A stretch of DNA of 64,000 nt from Candidatus Moraniibacteriota bacterium (GCA_016699795.1 CP065011.1:78168-142167), one strand, 5' to 3'. Shown: positions 48,619 to 58,783, counted from the first letter of the stretch. A program made the numbers and translations. Notes: generated from the letters alone by a model not told the origin.

Positions 48619-50241
48619 TTAATTTACTTTCTTTCTGGGATCATCGGATTGAGAAGACTTTTCATACAAAAGAGGCACTACCAAACCCAACCACATCCAA
48701 AGCATACCCAAAAATTCTGCAGAATTAAAGAAGTTAAATATTCCCACTACACAAAAAGTAGAAAAAATTCCGTATCCAATAATTCTCGTTGATCGTTTTC
48801 TCGAAAAAATACTTTGAAAAATACTCCGCACTATATCACCAAAAATAAAAAATAAACCTATTACACCCAATAATCCTGATCCTATAGCAATATTTAAGAA
48901 GATATTACTTGCATTAAGTATTTCTCCTCTCCCGTCATATCCAAAAAGAAATTCCATCGAACCCCAACCCACACCAAAAAAACCGTATTCACGAAGAGCT
49001 TGAAAAGACTTCATCCATACGTTTTTTCGTTCAGAGACATTTGGATCATTTCTAAAAACGCGAGTAACGAATTTTCCTAGAGACTCTTCTTTTTCTCTTT
49101 CTTCTAAATTAATGTGATAACAACCCATTTTACTTAATTCTTCCAAAGAATATGTTAAATTTTCTGAAAAAATCATTTCTTTCTGACATGAAATAGTTAT
49201 TTCTTGAAGGCCAGAAATGCTTGATTGAAAACGATTTTGAAGTTCGAAATGAGTAAGGGGAATTATACGTACATAAAGGATTGCCACAAGAAAAAAAAGG
49301 AGGAGAAAGCCTATTTTCTGCATACTTTTCATCCCGTATTCCAAAAATGAAAAAATAAATAGAATTATCAAGCCAAAGGAGGAAGCTAGCCAAGCGCTTC
49401 GCGAAACGCTAATAATAAGTGCAACACAAACAAATAACAAAGCAATTCCTATAATTATAAAAAATAATTTTTTTTGATACTTTTCTCGAAAAAAAAGAAA
49501 GGTGTGCACAAGTAAAATCAATGCTAATGCCATTCCCAATCCAAACCAATCTGGTTCAGAAAAGAATCCATTAGGACGTCCTGGCATACTTTCGGATGGA
49601 AATGTCCAATGCTGAAGAAATGCTATATTTTGAAATATTCCCCAACAGGCCAACAAGAAAAAATCAAAAATAATCCAAGGAAAAAGAGAGAAAACATCTT
49701 TCTTCGTACGAAAATTCCAACGAATTATTCCATACATAAAAAGAAAAGAAAGCATAATAATACTGAGTCGAAAACTTTCTTGAAAAAACGGAGAAAAAAA
49801 AGAAGAAAGTAAGCTTCCTATCCCCAAAAGGAGAACTCCCCCATCAATAAATCTAAAATGAAACGGTATTGTATTTATTTTCTTACATTTTAAATGAGGA
49901 AATAAATTTTGAAATTTCAATTGTATATTTTTTCGTTCAAAAATGAAAAAACGAATACATGAAGAAAAAAATAAAGACAATGCAAAAAATTGATAAGGAC
50001 GCAAAGAAAATGATACGGATTCAGGAAGAAAATTTATTATTTCAAAAACACTCGACACTACAAAAATTGAAAGTGCTTGTTTAAAAAAGAATAAAGAAAA
50101 TAGGAAAAAAATAAAGAAAAAAAGAACACTCAACCAAAAAGGAAAAGATATCTCAAGAAAAGAGATTCCTCCAAGAAAAAGGCCTATTCCTAGTGTAAGA
50201 AAAATAGAAAGTATTTTTCCTGTTTTCAAAAAAAATATCAT
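48619..50241 (-). CDS. O-antigen ligase / Wzy-like polymerase family membrane protein (second copy)
   Basis: 540 aa, many TM helices. IISVSRSAWLASSFGLIILF parallels the YSRAAWG motif of 2355-3743, with a large extracytoplasmic loop. Confidence 0.55.
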   Translation of the reverse strand: MIFFLKTGKILSIFLTLGIGLFLGGISFLEISFPFWLSVLFFFIFFLFSLFFFKQALSIFVVSSVFEIINFLPESVSFSLRPYQFFALSLFFSSCIRFFIFERKNIQLKFQNLFPHLKCKKINTIPFHFRFIDGGVLLLGIGSLLSSFFSPFFQESFRLSIIMLSFLFMYGIIRWNFRTKKDVFSLFPWIIFDFFLLACWGIFQNIAFLQHWTFPSESMPGRPNGFFSEPDWFGLGMALALILLVHTFLFFREKYQKKLFFIIIGIALLFVCVALIISVSRSAWLASSFGLIILFIFSFLEYGMKSMQKIGFLLLFFLVAILYVRIIPLTHFELQNRFQSSISGLQEITISCQKEMIFSENLTYSLEELSKMGCYHINLEEREKEESLGKFVTRVFRNDPNVSERKNVWMKSFQALREYGFFGVGWGSMEFLFGYDGRGEILNASNIFLNIAIGSGLLGVIGLFFIFGDIVRSIFQSIFSRKRSTRIIGYGIFSTFCVVGIFNFFNSAEFLGMLWMWLGLVVPLLYEKSSQSDDPRKKVN

Positions 50242-50263
50242 ATTTCACAAATATACTTAGACA

Positions 50264-51463
50264 CTAGACCTTCACATTCGCAAATAATATATCAACAAAG
50301 CGTTCCCAAGAAAAAAGTTGGGATCTCAAAATTCCCCGCCGACGTAATTCTTTTCGAAGATTCTCATCTTTCATTATTTCTCGCATTGCATCGGCGATAC
50401 CATTAATACTTCCATCGCAATATCGAGCAGCGTCCCCCGCAACCTCACCAAGAGAGGTTTTTTTGGTAGTAATAACAGGTGTTCCTGCATACATAGCCTC
50501 TAAGACCGGCATTCCAAATCCCTCATACAAAGAAGGAAAAATGAAACACATTGATTCACTATAAAGTGCGCTTATATCATTTTGAGGTACATTTCCAAGG
50601 ATTTTTACACGATCTCTTAAGCCTAATTCTCGAACAAGAGTTTCCACATCTACAATGAGTGGTGCTAAATGAGGAAGAAGAGTTCCGGATAAGACAAGAT
50701 GAGGAATGCTTCTTCGATCACCATCATCATCTGCTAATAATTTATATGCTCGAATAACCGATTCGACATTTTTTCGGACCTCGAAACCTCCAGAATAGAA
50801 AAAATATTGCTTTGGGAGTGCGTAATGATTTCTCACAAGAGAAGCCTTTTCTTTTGTTACCGGCTCAGAGAATAAAGGGTTTACAGCGATCAATGCTAAA
50901 GAAATTTTATCCGGAGCTATATTTAATTTTTGGATAAGATCTTTTTCTGTATGCTTCGAAACTGACAGAATACGATCAGATTTTTTGATACCAGATTTTA
51001 CACTTTTCCACGAAAAACGCTTTCTCATATTATTCGTATATCCATCCACAACCTCTGGAATAATGTCATGCACCACCATAGCATGAGAAATCCGAGAAAA
51101 AGAAGAAAATGTCGTTGCACTTTGATATAAACTTATAAAAGCATCCAGAGTGTCTTTTTTTGCTTGTTTAGGAATGGCCCATTTTTCAAAAAGCCATTTT
51201 CTTATAAGATCATCTCTCTTATACACTACCTCAGGGACTCTTTTTAGAAAACTTTTTGAAACACCTGTAGCTTCATCTTTTTCCAAATAAAGAAAAAAAG
51301 AAACGTCCTTTGCGTCAACTCTTTTATTATGGGCAAAAATATAGAAATCTCTTTTTGAAATTTCACGCAAAACATTCACCGTTACCTGACCTATTCCAGT
51401 ATACGGCTTACGAAGAAATGAAGCATTGATTCCTATTCTATACATATTTTTAGTATACTCCAT
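50264..51463 (-). CDS. Glycosyltransferase family 4
   Basis: MYRIGINASFLRKPYTGIGQ... and EGFGMPVLEAMYAGTPVITT. Confidence 0.7.
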   Translation of the reverse strand: MEYTKNMYRIGINASFLRKPYTGIGQVTVNVLREISKRDFYIFAHNKRVDAKDVSFFLYLEKDEATGVSKSFLKRVPEVVYKRDDLIRKWLFEKWAIPKQAKKDTLDAFISLYQSATTFSSFSRISHAMVVHDIIPEVVDGYTNNMRKRFSWKSVKSGIKKSDRILSVSKHTEKDLIQKLNIAPDKISLALIAVNPLFSEPVTKEKASLVRNHYALPKQYFFYSGGFEVRKNVESVIRAYKLLADDDGDRRSIPHLVLSGTLLPHLAPLIVDVETLVRELGLRDRVKILGNVPQNDISALYSESMCFIFPSLYEGFGMPVLEAMYAGTPVITTKKTSLGEVAGDAARYCDGSINGIADAMREIMKDENLRKELRRRGILRSQLFSWERFVDILFANVKV

Positions 51464-51499
51464 TTCCGTCTACATCACAACGAAAATATCTAAAGAATA

Positions 51500-52987
51500 T
51501 TACCAATTAACTGAAAATATAATATCAGGAGAATTCCAGTCACCCTCAAAACCCTCTCCTTTAGAATCAGCTCCATCATAACCCACAGAATAAAGTATTT
51601 TTCTTTCTTTATTGTATTTTAAATCATTTCCATCAAAAGGATCTTTGGAAATTTCGGGCAAATATTGAGGAACTAATTCCTTTAATGTTTCAGGATAGTA
51701 ACCCTTTTGATGATAGAAATATTTTAAAGCCAAAGTTATTTCAGAAGCTCCTACAAAAACATCTTCCTCACATCGTTTTTCCATAAGATCAAAAGGATCT
51801 ATTCCGTAGGTATAAACAAGTTTTTTTCCAATACTATTTTCTTCAAAATATAACTGTATTTGTTCTGCTGGTGATTTTGATTTGTCAAAAAAATTAGATT
51901 CTACACAAAGAGCATCAACTTCGCGTATAAAAATTCTTGTATTCTGAGCGAAAATGTTTCTCGTTTTATTCGGTTTAAAATGATAGGTATTTTTTAATTT
52001 TTCAGAAAAATCTTCTTGATATTCAGCTTCTTTTTGAAAAATTGACGAGATCATTCCTGGATTTCCCTCAGAAAGCGTGGCTATCGCCAAAGCTTGCCCA
52101 TGATATTCTGATTTAAAAGCTGAAATAATTGCTATTTCATTACGAGAATAACGATGTATCTCTTCGAGATATTGTTCCCATTCAATATCCACAGGTCCAG
52201 CGAGAATAAATATTTTTCGAGCAGCATTCATACCCACTTCCTTCATTGCACGTGCGGATAAATATTCTATCGTCGTACATTGAGACTCTTCAATCAATTG
52301 AGCAATACGAATTGATTTCATTGTTTCTTCTATAGCCTCGTCATATTTCTTTTCTTGCATAAGCACAAAAGCACGAAGTGTTTGTAATTGAGCTACATAT
52401 TCCCACGCTACTGCTAGAGAAGAAAAATCAAAATCTTCCATAGTGATACTATCTGGATTGAAAAATCGAGGATTTTGATATTTTAATTTTTCAGAAGCTT
52501 GTGAAAAAAGATTTAGAGCATGTTCGTATTTAATTGATAATTCTTTAATAAAAGACTCCTCGACTACAGCACCTTTGATCATTTTTTTAATAACATCTTT
52601 TTCTTCGGTTGTAAGTGAAAAAGATTCTTCTAATTCAAGAAGTTGATAATAAGCATTTTCTTCTTTTGAAATTTCAATTTTTCGCCAACGAACATCTGAA
52701 TCATCTACCAATTCATCATCGTGAGAAAATTTCTCAATCAAAAAAGGTCGAAAAAAAACAAAAAAAATACCCAAAAACAAAAAGAGGATAATAAAAAATA
52801 ATATAATATTGTTCTTTTTTTTTCCCTTTTTAAGATTTTTTGGTTTTGATGGAAATATCTCCAAAGGAATATCGATAACATCATCGAATCCAGGAGTCTC
52901 TTTTTTCTCTCCAAAATTTTTCATACATTTCTTTCTGAAATTTTTCCTTTCTCGGTATTCTCTCAATATTTTCAAATATTCATTCAA
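51500..52987 (-). CDS. Hypothetical membrane-anchored protein with a type II secretion pseudopilin (GspG)-like C-terminal domain
   Basis: 495 aa. Basic N-terminus, one TM (IILFFIILFLFLGIFFVFF), helical middle. C-terminus GYYPETLKELVPQYLPEISKDPFDGNDLKYNKERKILYSVGYDGADSKGEGFEGD resembles the GspG/T4 pseudopilin globular domain, but no prepilin-peptidase leader. Confidence 0.35.
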   Translation of the reverse strand: MNEYLKILREYRERKNFRKKCMKNFGEKKETPGFDDVIDIPLEIFPSKPKNLKKGKKKNNIILFFIILFLFLGIFFVFFRPFLIEKFSHDDELVDDSDVRWRKIEISKEENAYYQLLELEESFSLTTEEKDVIKKMIKGAVVEESFIKELSIKYEHALNLFSQASEKLKYQNPRFFNPDSITMEDFDFSSLAVAWEYVAQLQTLRAFVLMQEKKYDEAIEETMKSIRIAQLIEESQCTTIEYLSARAMKEVGMNAARKIFILAGPVDIEWEQYLEEIHRYSRNEIAIISAFKSEYHGQALAIATLSEGNPGMISSIFQKEAEYQEDFSEKLKNTYHFKPNKTRNIFAQNTRIFIREVDALCVESNFFDKSKSPAEQIQLYFEENSIGKKLVYTYGIDPFDLMEKRCEEDVFVGASEITLALKYFYHQKGYYPETLKELVPQYLPEISKDPFDGNDLKYNKERKILYSVGYDGADSKGEGFEGDWNSPDIIFSVNW

Positions 52988-53171
52988 TCACAAAGAAATA
53001 CTCTTCGGTAACAAAGTTTTACAAAAGTTTTTCAAAATACAAAAAATAGTAACTGAAAATATCCTATTGTTTATCTCTAACCTTTCTAAGAACCTATCTA
53101 AAGTCTTTGATTTTAAAATATAGTTCTATTTCCTTCTTTTTTGGCTTCAAGTAAAAATGAAACCGAAACTG

Positions 53172-53244
53172 TGGACCCGAGAGGACTCGAACCCCCCACC
53201 TCCTCGGTGCAAACGAGGCGCTCTACCAGATGAGCTACGGGCCC
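53172..53244 (-). tRNA. tRNA-Ala (anticodon UGC), 73 nt, CCA not encoded
   Basis: Reverse complement GGGCCCGTAGCTCATCTGGTAGAGCGCCTCGTTTGCACCGAGGAGGTGGGGGGTTCGAGTCCTCTCGGGTCCA. 7-bp acceptor stem with the G3:U70 alanine identity pair, D-arm GCTC/GAGC, anticodon loop TTTGCAC, T-loop TTCGAGT, discriminator A. Confidence 0.9.
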
Positions 53245-53347
53245 AAAACATATATACTATCTTCTTTACAACTAAAAATATATACTGTTTTTCTCACAAT
53301 ATCAAGAGCTCTCATTCTTTACAAGCTATATTGAAAAAATATAAGTA

Positions 53348-54535
53348 TTAAATTTTTTTCTCACGTCGTACAATATTCAAAATAAGAGCTATTATTATAA
53401 TACCCACAAGAAGAATCGAGGCAGGTAATATCCAAACATTCCGCTCCAAAAATCTATTTTCAAGGCTATCACATTCATCACCAATAGTATCCCTATCCGA
53501 ATCTACTTGAGCACGATTGGGAATATCTCGACAATTATCTTCAGCATTTATGACACCGTCTTTATCGAAATCTTCACAAGCATCTCCCAAATAATTATTA
53601 TTCACATCTTTTTGGTCTGCATTTGAAACATTCACACAATTATCTTTCTCATCTTCAATACCATCACGATCAAAATCAGCTTTTTCATATAAGATATTCT
53701 TTGATTTCACTCCAATAGTATTGAGTGACAAAAAGTCATTCCCCTTCAAAAAAGGCATTTCTTTTGTATAAGGCGCTATATTTCTATCTGCGTCCACAAA
53801 AATACGATATTCTCGATTAGGTTGAGCAAGAAATCGAACATTTTCTTTTTGTATTATTTGGACCTCCTCAAAATAAGGATTGATTTCTGTAAGGCGAAGA
53901 GGTTGTGCGTGTCTCATAGTAATAAAGAATGTCTGCGCTTTTGTCGGTGGAAATGGTGTTATTCGAGATTCTAATTTTTTCTCTGCTACTATAATTTTTT
54001 CTTCTCCATTTATTTGAGCTGTTATCTTAATCGTTTCAGGCAAAGCCACGTAGCGATCTAAGTGTAAGGCAAATGAACTTATAAGAGTCGGCTCCAAAAA
54101 TTGTATCGCCACCTTACTCTGAGCTATTTCCCCATCCCCGTCTATAGGAAACTCTTCATATCTATCATAACGATTATCACTCAAATAAGATTTTGATATT
54201 CCATCTTTTTGAACCTCAAATCCTTTTTTATTTTCATTTATACGTGTAAACAGAGACGATCCTTCTCGAATCATTTCTTTATTAGCATCCAAAGAAAAAA
54301 CAGCAATCTCTCTAGATGCCTGCGTATCTACTTCCACAGGGACTTGCACTATAGTAGGAACTGAAATATTGATCGATGGAATAATATACATCGAACGAAA
54401 TGCCGAAATCGTCTCCTTATCAGATTCTTTAGCATCTTCAGCACGAACACTATATGAAAATCCTCCCCCCGAAAAAACAAAAAACAAAAGTAAAAAACTC
54501 CAATTCTTCATCGCAAAACCTTGAGAAAATTTCAT
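53348..54535 (-). CDS. Secreted protein with thrombospondin type-3 (Ca-binding DxDxDG) repeats and C-terminal TM anchor
   Basis: Signal peptide. The C-terminal region DRDGIEDEKDNCVNVSNADQKDVNNNYLGDACEDFDKDGVINAEDNCRDIPNRAQVDSDRDTIGDECD carries TSP3-like repeats. Final TM ILPASILLVGIIIIALILNIV. Confidence 0.5.
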   Translation of the reverse strand: MKFSQGFAMKNWSFLLLFFVFSGGGFSYSVRAEDAKESDKETISAFRSMYIIPSINISVPTIVQVPVEVDTQASREIAVFSLDANKEMIREGSSLFTRINENKKGFEVQKDGISKSYLSDNRYDRYEEFPIDGDGEIAQSKVAIQFLEPTLISSFALHLDRYVALPETIKITAQINGEEKIIVAEKKLESRITPFPPTKAQTFFITMRHAQPLRLTEINPYFEEVQIIQKENVRFLAQPNREYRIFVDADRNIAPYTKEMPFLKGNDFLSLNTIGVKSKNILYEKADFDRDGIEDEKDNCVNVSNADQKDVNNNYLGDACEDFDKDGVINAEDNCRDIPNRAQVDSDRDTIGDECDSLENRFLERNVWILPASILLVGIIIIALILNIVRREKKI

Positions 54536-54573
54536 ATTTTTATAGTAAAGAATATTACTTTATTTTGAAAAAA

Positions 54574-56466
54574 TTATACGCTCAAATCTTTTTTCTTTGA
54601 TTTGTGCATAGAAGCTCCGATAAGAATCAATCCTATAATAAATGAAGTGATAATTCGTGCGACCATTTCCATTTCCCAAAATTCAATAACAAAAAATCTC
54701 AATAAAACTCCAATAATAATAGCCATTCCAAACTTAGCTATATATTTTTTATCATTAGATTCTACTGCTCCATAGAGAATACCACCAATCACAGCAAAAA
54801 GAATAAGTGATGCCATGCTGGCGAAATGATAATTCGGAATAATTATATGAAGCGAGAACCATATAAAAAACATCGTGTAAAAAACAAACATACTCGCATG
54901 AATCAATACCAAAATCCTTGATTCTTTATTCTCCCAAGAAAAAGATCGATAAAATGTTACCGCTACTGAAGCAAATAGCATCGCAAACAAACCAAATACG
55001 AACATTGATTTTGTGGGAAATTCTTTGCAGTAAGAAGGAATGGTTGGTGCGATTTCTTTATAGCCGTAACCGTCATCATACAAATCGATTGAATTCCTAG
55101 AAAGTTCCCATTCATCCATCCGTTGATCGTAATAACGGCATTCTATATACCGAGAAATTTTATAAGCATCTTCTTGAAAAGATAGTGCTACGGGCCACAT
55201 AAGAAGAATCGTAGGGATAACAATAAGTTTTTTATCAATTTTTTCACCAAAAACCATAGCGCTAACAATTGTTAAACCTACCAATTCAAAAGCAAGTACC
55301 AAAGTAAACATCGACCCTGAAAGAAATTCACCTGTCGCTCCTATCAAAAGCGCCAAAGAAATAGCTCCGTACATAAATGTGGGAACTGCTATGTGTGTCA
55401 AACGATAGACCCCGTAAGAAGTTATGACATATATAAAAGCTCCTAATATATAAGCAAGTCCTACAAAATCTTCTGGAACTACCAATTGCATCCAAAAAAA
55501 GAAAGCAATACCCGTAAGAAATGCTACAACATAATCACTTATTTCTATTTTCTCCGTTTTGATAATGGAAGAAAGATTTGAAACAAAGAATGTTACCAAA
55601 AGCAATATTACAAAAATAAAATTTGGTAATGAGGGTTCGATCTCAAAAGATGCGATACCGGAATATAATAAAACCCCTATAATCGAAATTACTATCATCA
55701 TTCTCCATTTCAAAATAAAATCAAGCCAAATCGTTCCCAATGAAAGAAAAAAGAAATAAACAAAAAGCACCTCTAAATCAATATAATTATAGACAAAAGC
55801 AGGTGCAATAAAACCAAGTATAGAAGCGGATATCGCTAATTCTTTTATCTTAAAAACAGCAGAAAGAGATGAAATATAGATAACTACCAAAAACATTACC
55901 AACAAAGCTGTGATCGATCCATAAAATTCATATAAAGCCATTCCAGAGAAAATAGAAATATAAAAAGAAATCGCACCCCCCAAAAGAAAAGCAACACCTT
56001 GTTTCAAAACTTTTTGAAGACGATAAGTTCCGAAAAGAATAAGTGCGAAGCCAAACATCACTCCAAGAAAAACTCTCCCAACAGGCCCTATCCAAGCATT
56101 CACAAATGCATAGGTAACCAGCCAAATAATCGAAAGTACGAGAAGACTTACTCCAATTTTTATAAGCCAGTTTCCTTGTGAAAACTGATTCTCCAGAAAA
56201 CCATATTGTATTTTTTGGTTATTCACGTGAGAGGAATCCGAAAGCACTTCAACGCTTTCATTTAAGACAGGCTCTATTTTTTTCTCTTCAGAGAGAGATG
56301 TTTCGTTTTTTATTTCCACAAAAGGATCATTTTTCAATAGCTCTTTCGTAGAAAATTCTTGAGACTTCAATATCTGCTCTATTGTATTCAAACGTTTATT
56401 CGTTTTATTGATAAAAGCAAGGAAGAGTACTATCCCAACAAGAACTATGAGAATAATGAATGACAT
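54574..56466 (-). CDS. Polytopic membrane protein (about 16 TM helices), DUF2339-like
   Basis: 630 aa. One N-terminal TM, a soluble region, then a long series of hydrophobic helices. No catalytic motif recognised. Confidence 0.35.
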   Translation of the reverse strand: MSFIILIVLVGIVLFLAFINKTNKRLNTIEQILKSQEFSTKELLKNDPFVEIKNETSLSEEKKIEPVLNESVEVLSDSSHVNNQKIQYGFLENQFSQGNWLIKIGVSLLVLSIIWLVTYAFVNAWIGPVGRVFLGVMFGFALILFGTYRLQKVLKQGVAFLLGGAISFYISIFSGMALYEFYGSITALLVMFLVVIYISSLSAVFKIKELAISASILGFIAPAFVYNYIDLEVLFVYFFFLSLGTIWLDFILKWRMMIVISIIGVLLYSGIASFEIEPSLPNFIFVILLLVTFFVSNLSSIIKTEKIEISDYVVAFLTGIAFFFWMQLVVPEDFVGLAYILGAFIYVITSYGVYRLTHIAVPTFMYGAISLALLIGATGEFLSGSMFTLVLAFELVGLTIVSAMVFGEKIDKKLIVIPTILLMWPVALSFQEDAYKISRYIECRYYDQRMDEWELSRNSIDLYDDGYGYKEIAPTIPSYCKEFPTKSMFVFGLFAMLFASVAVTFYRSFSWENKESRILVLIHASMFVFYTMFFIWFSLHIIIPNYHFASMASLILFAVIGGILYGAVESNDKKYIAKFGMAIIIGVLLRFFVIEFWEMEMVARIITSFIIGLILIGASMHKSKKKDLSV

Positions 56467-56567
56467 ACACTATTATTTAAATATAAAATACAATTTTATG
56501 ATATACTAAAATAAAGAAAATAACTATACGTGAATAACTTTTTTATTCTTTAAATATTTATAAAATT

Positions 56568-57173
56568 ATGCTTTCTTCAAAAAAAATATTTATCATTTCC
56601 ATTACTGTATTTTTCCTATTTACAGCATTTTCTGGGATTATGTATTATTACAGCGTCCGCGATGAATCAACCAAAAATTCTCTAACCTCTGAAGATAATT
56701 CAAAACAAATGAGTCAGGAAAAAGAAAATGAAATCATTCCTGAACCAAAAGAAAATCTTTCTAATAACATAAATGAAAATCAAATACCACCTATTCCATT
56801 AGACAATGCTTGCGAAACGCTTCTTGTGCACGAGTCCCTCATTGAAAGAGAAAAACTTCTTCTTATGATTCGAAATGATTTATCTTCCGGAGGAAAAGCG
56901 AAATATATAGCTCAAACCTATCAAGGAAATGAACCTCTTGATGAAGATGCTTGTGCTATATACATAGCGTTCCTTCTTGATAAACAAGACTCTTGTCTCG
57001 CCGATGCTCCTCGAGAAGCCAGACCACATACTCTAAACAAAGATACGAAATGCGAAATGCGTTATGAAACACTCGAACAAAATATAGAAACAGCTCTCCA
57101 ACAAATGTTTGGTTTTTCTGAAATATACCCAAAAATAACTATCCTTAATGTTTTTGAGTGGCTTTCTTTTTAA
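56568..57173 (+). CDS. Hypothetical secreted/membrane-anchored protein
   Basis: 201 aa, N-terminal TM, 6 Cys. The only sizeable plus-strand gene in the right half. Confidence 0.35.
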   Translation: MLSSKKIFIISITVFFLFTAFSGIMYYYSVRDESTKNSLTSEDNSKQMSQEKENEIIPEPKENLSNNINENQIPPIPLDNACETLLVHESLIEREKLLLMIRNDLSSGGKAKYIAQTYQGNEPLDEDACAIYIAFLLDKQDSCLADAPREARPHTLNKDTKCEMRYETLEQNIETALQQMFGFSEIYPKITILNVFEWLSF

Positions 57174-57206
57174 AAAGTTATATTTCTATTGTAACTTTAC
57201 AAAAAC

Positions 57207-57227
57207 ACTCCTTTTACAAAAAGGAGT
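57207..57227. terminator. Bidirectional hairpin terminator between convergent genes
   Basis: actcctttt / aaaaggagt 9-bp stem. The minus-strand transcript is followed by UUUUUG, which terminates the rlmN-RNHCP unit. Confidence 0.45.
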
Positions 57228-57293
57228 TATTATCAATTTAGAGCATTCATCCCCTCTTTTTTTAATTTTTCATTCCCAGACTTTTTTCTGTTT

Positions 57294-57629
57294 TTATTTT
57301 CGGAAAAGTCGTTCAATATTTTTTTTCATAAGAGCGATAACGCAATCCATATCATCATCCTCGGAAAGTTTATTTCGTGATTGGTACTCACACAGAATAC
57401 AACGGTGTATAACGAAATTTTCTCCTTTTTTCTGAAAAATATCCACAGGCTCCATCATTCCTTCACATGATTCCAGACGATCGCCTGGATATATGTCCAC
57501 ATGACATCCCCACAAACATTTTGAACAATGATTCGTGTACCCATTCCCACGAACAAAGAATCCACAATGTTTACAAGTAAAATCTTCCTTATTTCGTTTA
57601 AATTTTTTACTTTCCATAAAGGTCATCAT
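57294..57629 (-). CDS. RNHCP-domain zinc-binding protein
   Basis: 111 aa. FTCKHCGFFVRGNGYTNHCSKCLWGCHVD...HRCILCEY is the C/H-rich RNHCP-family pattern. 23-nt overlap with rlmN. Confidence 0.55.
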   Translation of the reverse strand: MMTFMESKKFKRNKEDFTCKHCGFFVRGNGYTNHCSKCLWGCHVDIYPGDRLESCEGMMEPVDIFQKKGENFVIHRCILCEYQSRNKLSEDDDMDCVIALMKKNIERLFRK

Positions 57630-58659
57630 TCTTCTTTTTATTTACCACAAGCTGTCCACACGCTGCCGCTATATCTTGGCCCATCGATTTTCGAACAGTA
57701 GCCACAACACCTCTTTGTCTTAGATATTCACGAAAATTCTCAATTCTTTGACTAGGCTGAAAATTAGTGTCAGTAGCATTGTAAGGAATAAGATTAACTC
57801 GAACTTTCCCTAACTTTCTAGAAAAATGTAGAAGTTTTTCAGCATATATTTCTGTATCATTTACTCCCCCAAGAAGAACATATTCAAATGTTAAATGTCG
57901 TCTTCTTTGATCATATACTTCGAAATATCGTTTTGCCCACAGAGAAAGTTTTTTCAAAAATCCCTCATAAGAAGAAGGCATGAGTAAATTTCTCATTTTC
58001 TCATCCGCACTATGCAGAGAAACCGCAAGACGAACATTTGGCCACGTTTTATCTGTAAGAATTTTTTCAAGCATAGGCAAGAGTCCTACAGTAGAAACAG
58101 TAATTCTTGTAGCTCCAATATCTGCATAAGAAAGAAACATATCGATCGAACGTTTTACCGATTTATAATTAGCAAGAGGCTCACCCATGCCCATAAAAAC
58201 AATATTTGTTATCTTTCCTTCCAATTTTTTTTCATCACAATATTTTTTCCAAAAACGATATTGATCAACGATCTCATCTTCATTTAAGTTTCGAATAAAT
58301 CCCATGGAACCAGTAGCGCAGAATGAGCATTTCATAGCACAACCAACTTGAGAAGAAACACATATAGTCCAATGACCTCGAGCATTTTTCATCAAAACCG
58401 TTTCTATTTTTGCTCCGTCAAAGATAGAAGAAAGGATTGCTTTATGTGTATCACCCCTTTCTCCTGAAAATATCTTATTAGTATCCCACAATAACCAAGT
58501 TAACTTTTCTTGCATCAATATTCGAATATCTTTAGGGAAAACGGTTATTTCATCAAAATTTTTCAAATTCTGTGAAAATAAAGCTTCAAAAAATTGCTTT
58601 TCTCGAAAAGACTTTTTCTCGGGCCAAATTTTTTCTAGTAATTGAATCCTGTTTTCCAT
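57607..58659 (-). CDS. rlmN: Radical-SAM 23S rRNA m2A2503 methyltransferase RlmN (RlmN/Cfr family)
   Basis: VSSQVGCAMKCSFCATGSMGFIRNL (CxxxCxxC), plus C-terminal conserved Cys and GQL motifs. Confidence 0.8.
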   Translation of the reverse strand: MENRIQLLEKIWPEKKSFREKQFFEALFSQNLKNFDEITVFPKDIRILMQEKLTWLLWDTNKIFSGERGDTHKAILSSIFDGAKIETVLMKNARGHWTICVSSQVGCAMKCSFCATGSMGFIRNLNEDEIVDQYRFWKKYCDEKKLEGKITNIVFMGMGEPLANYKSVKRSIDMFLSYADIGATRITVSTVGLLPMLEKILTDKTWPNVRLAVSLHSADEKMRNLLMPSSYEGFLKKLSLWAKRYFEVYDQRRRHLTFEYVLLGGVNDTEIYAEKLLHFSRKLGKVRVNLIPYNATDTNFQPSQRIENFREYLRQRGVVATVRKSMGQDIAAACGQLVVNKKKNDDLYGK

Positions 58660-58783
58660 AAAAATATTTTCTATTCTTCAACCAAAATGCCACAGATTAA
58701 GAAAAAAATAAAGTCTTTATTCTTTTCAAAGAAAAAAGAGCTGAAAAAAAATCAACTCTTTTTAAAAAAACGATGACTTGGAT

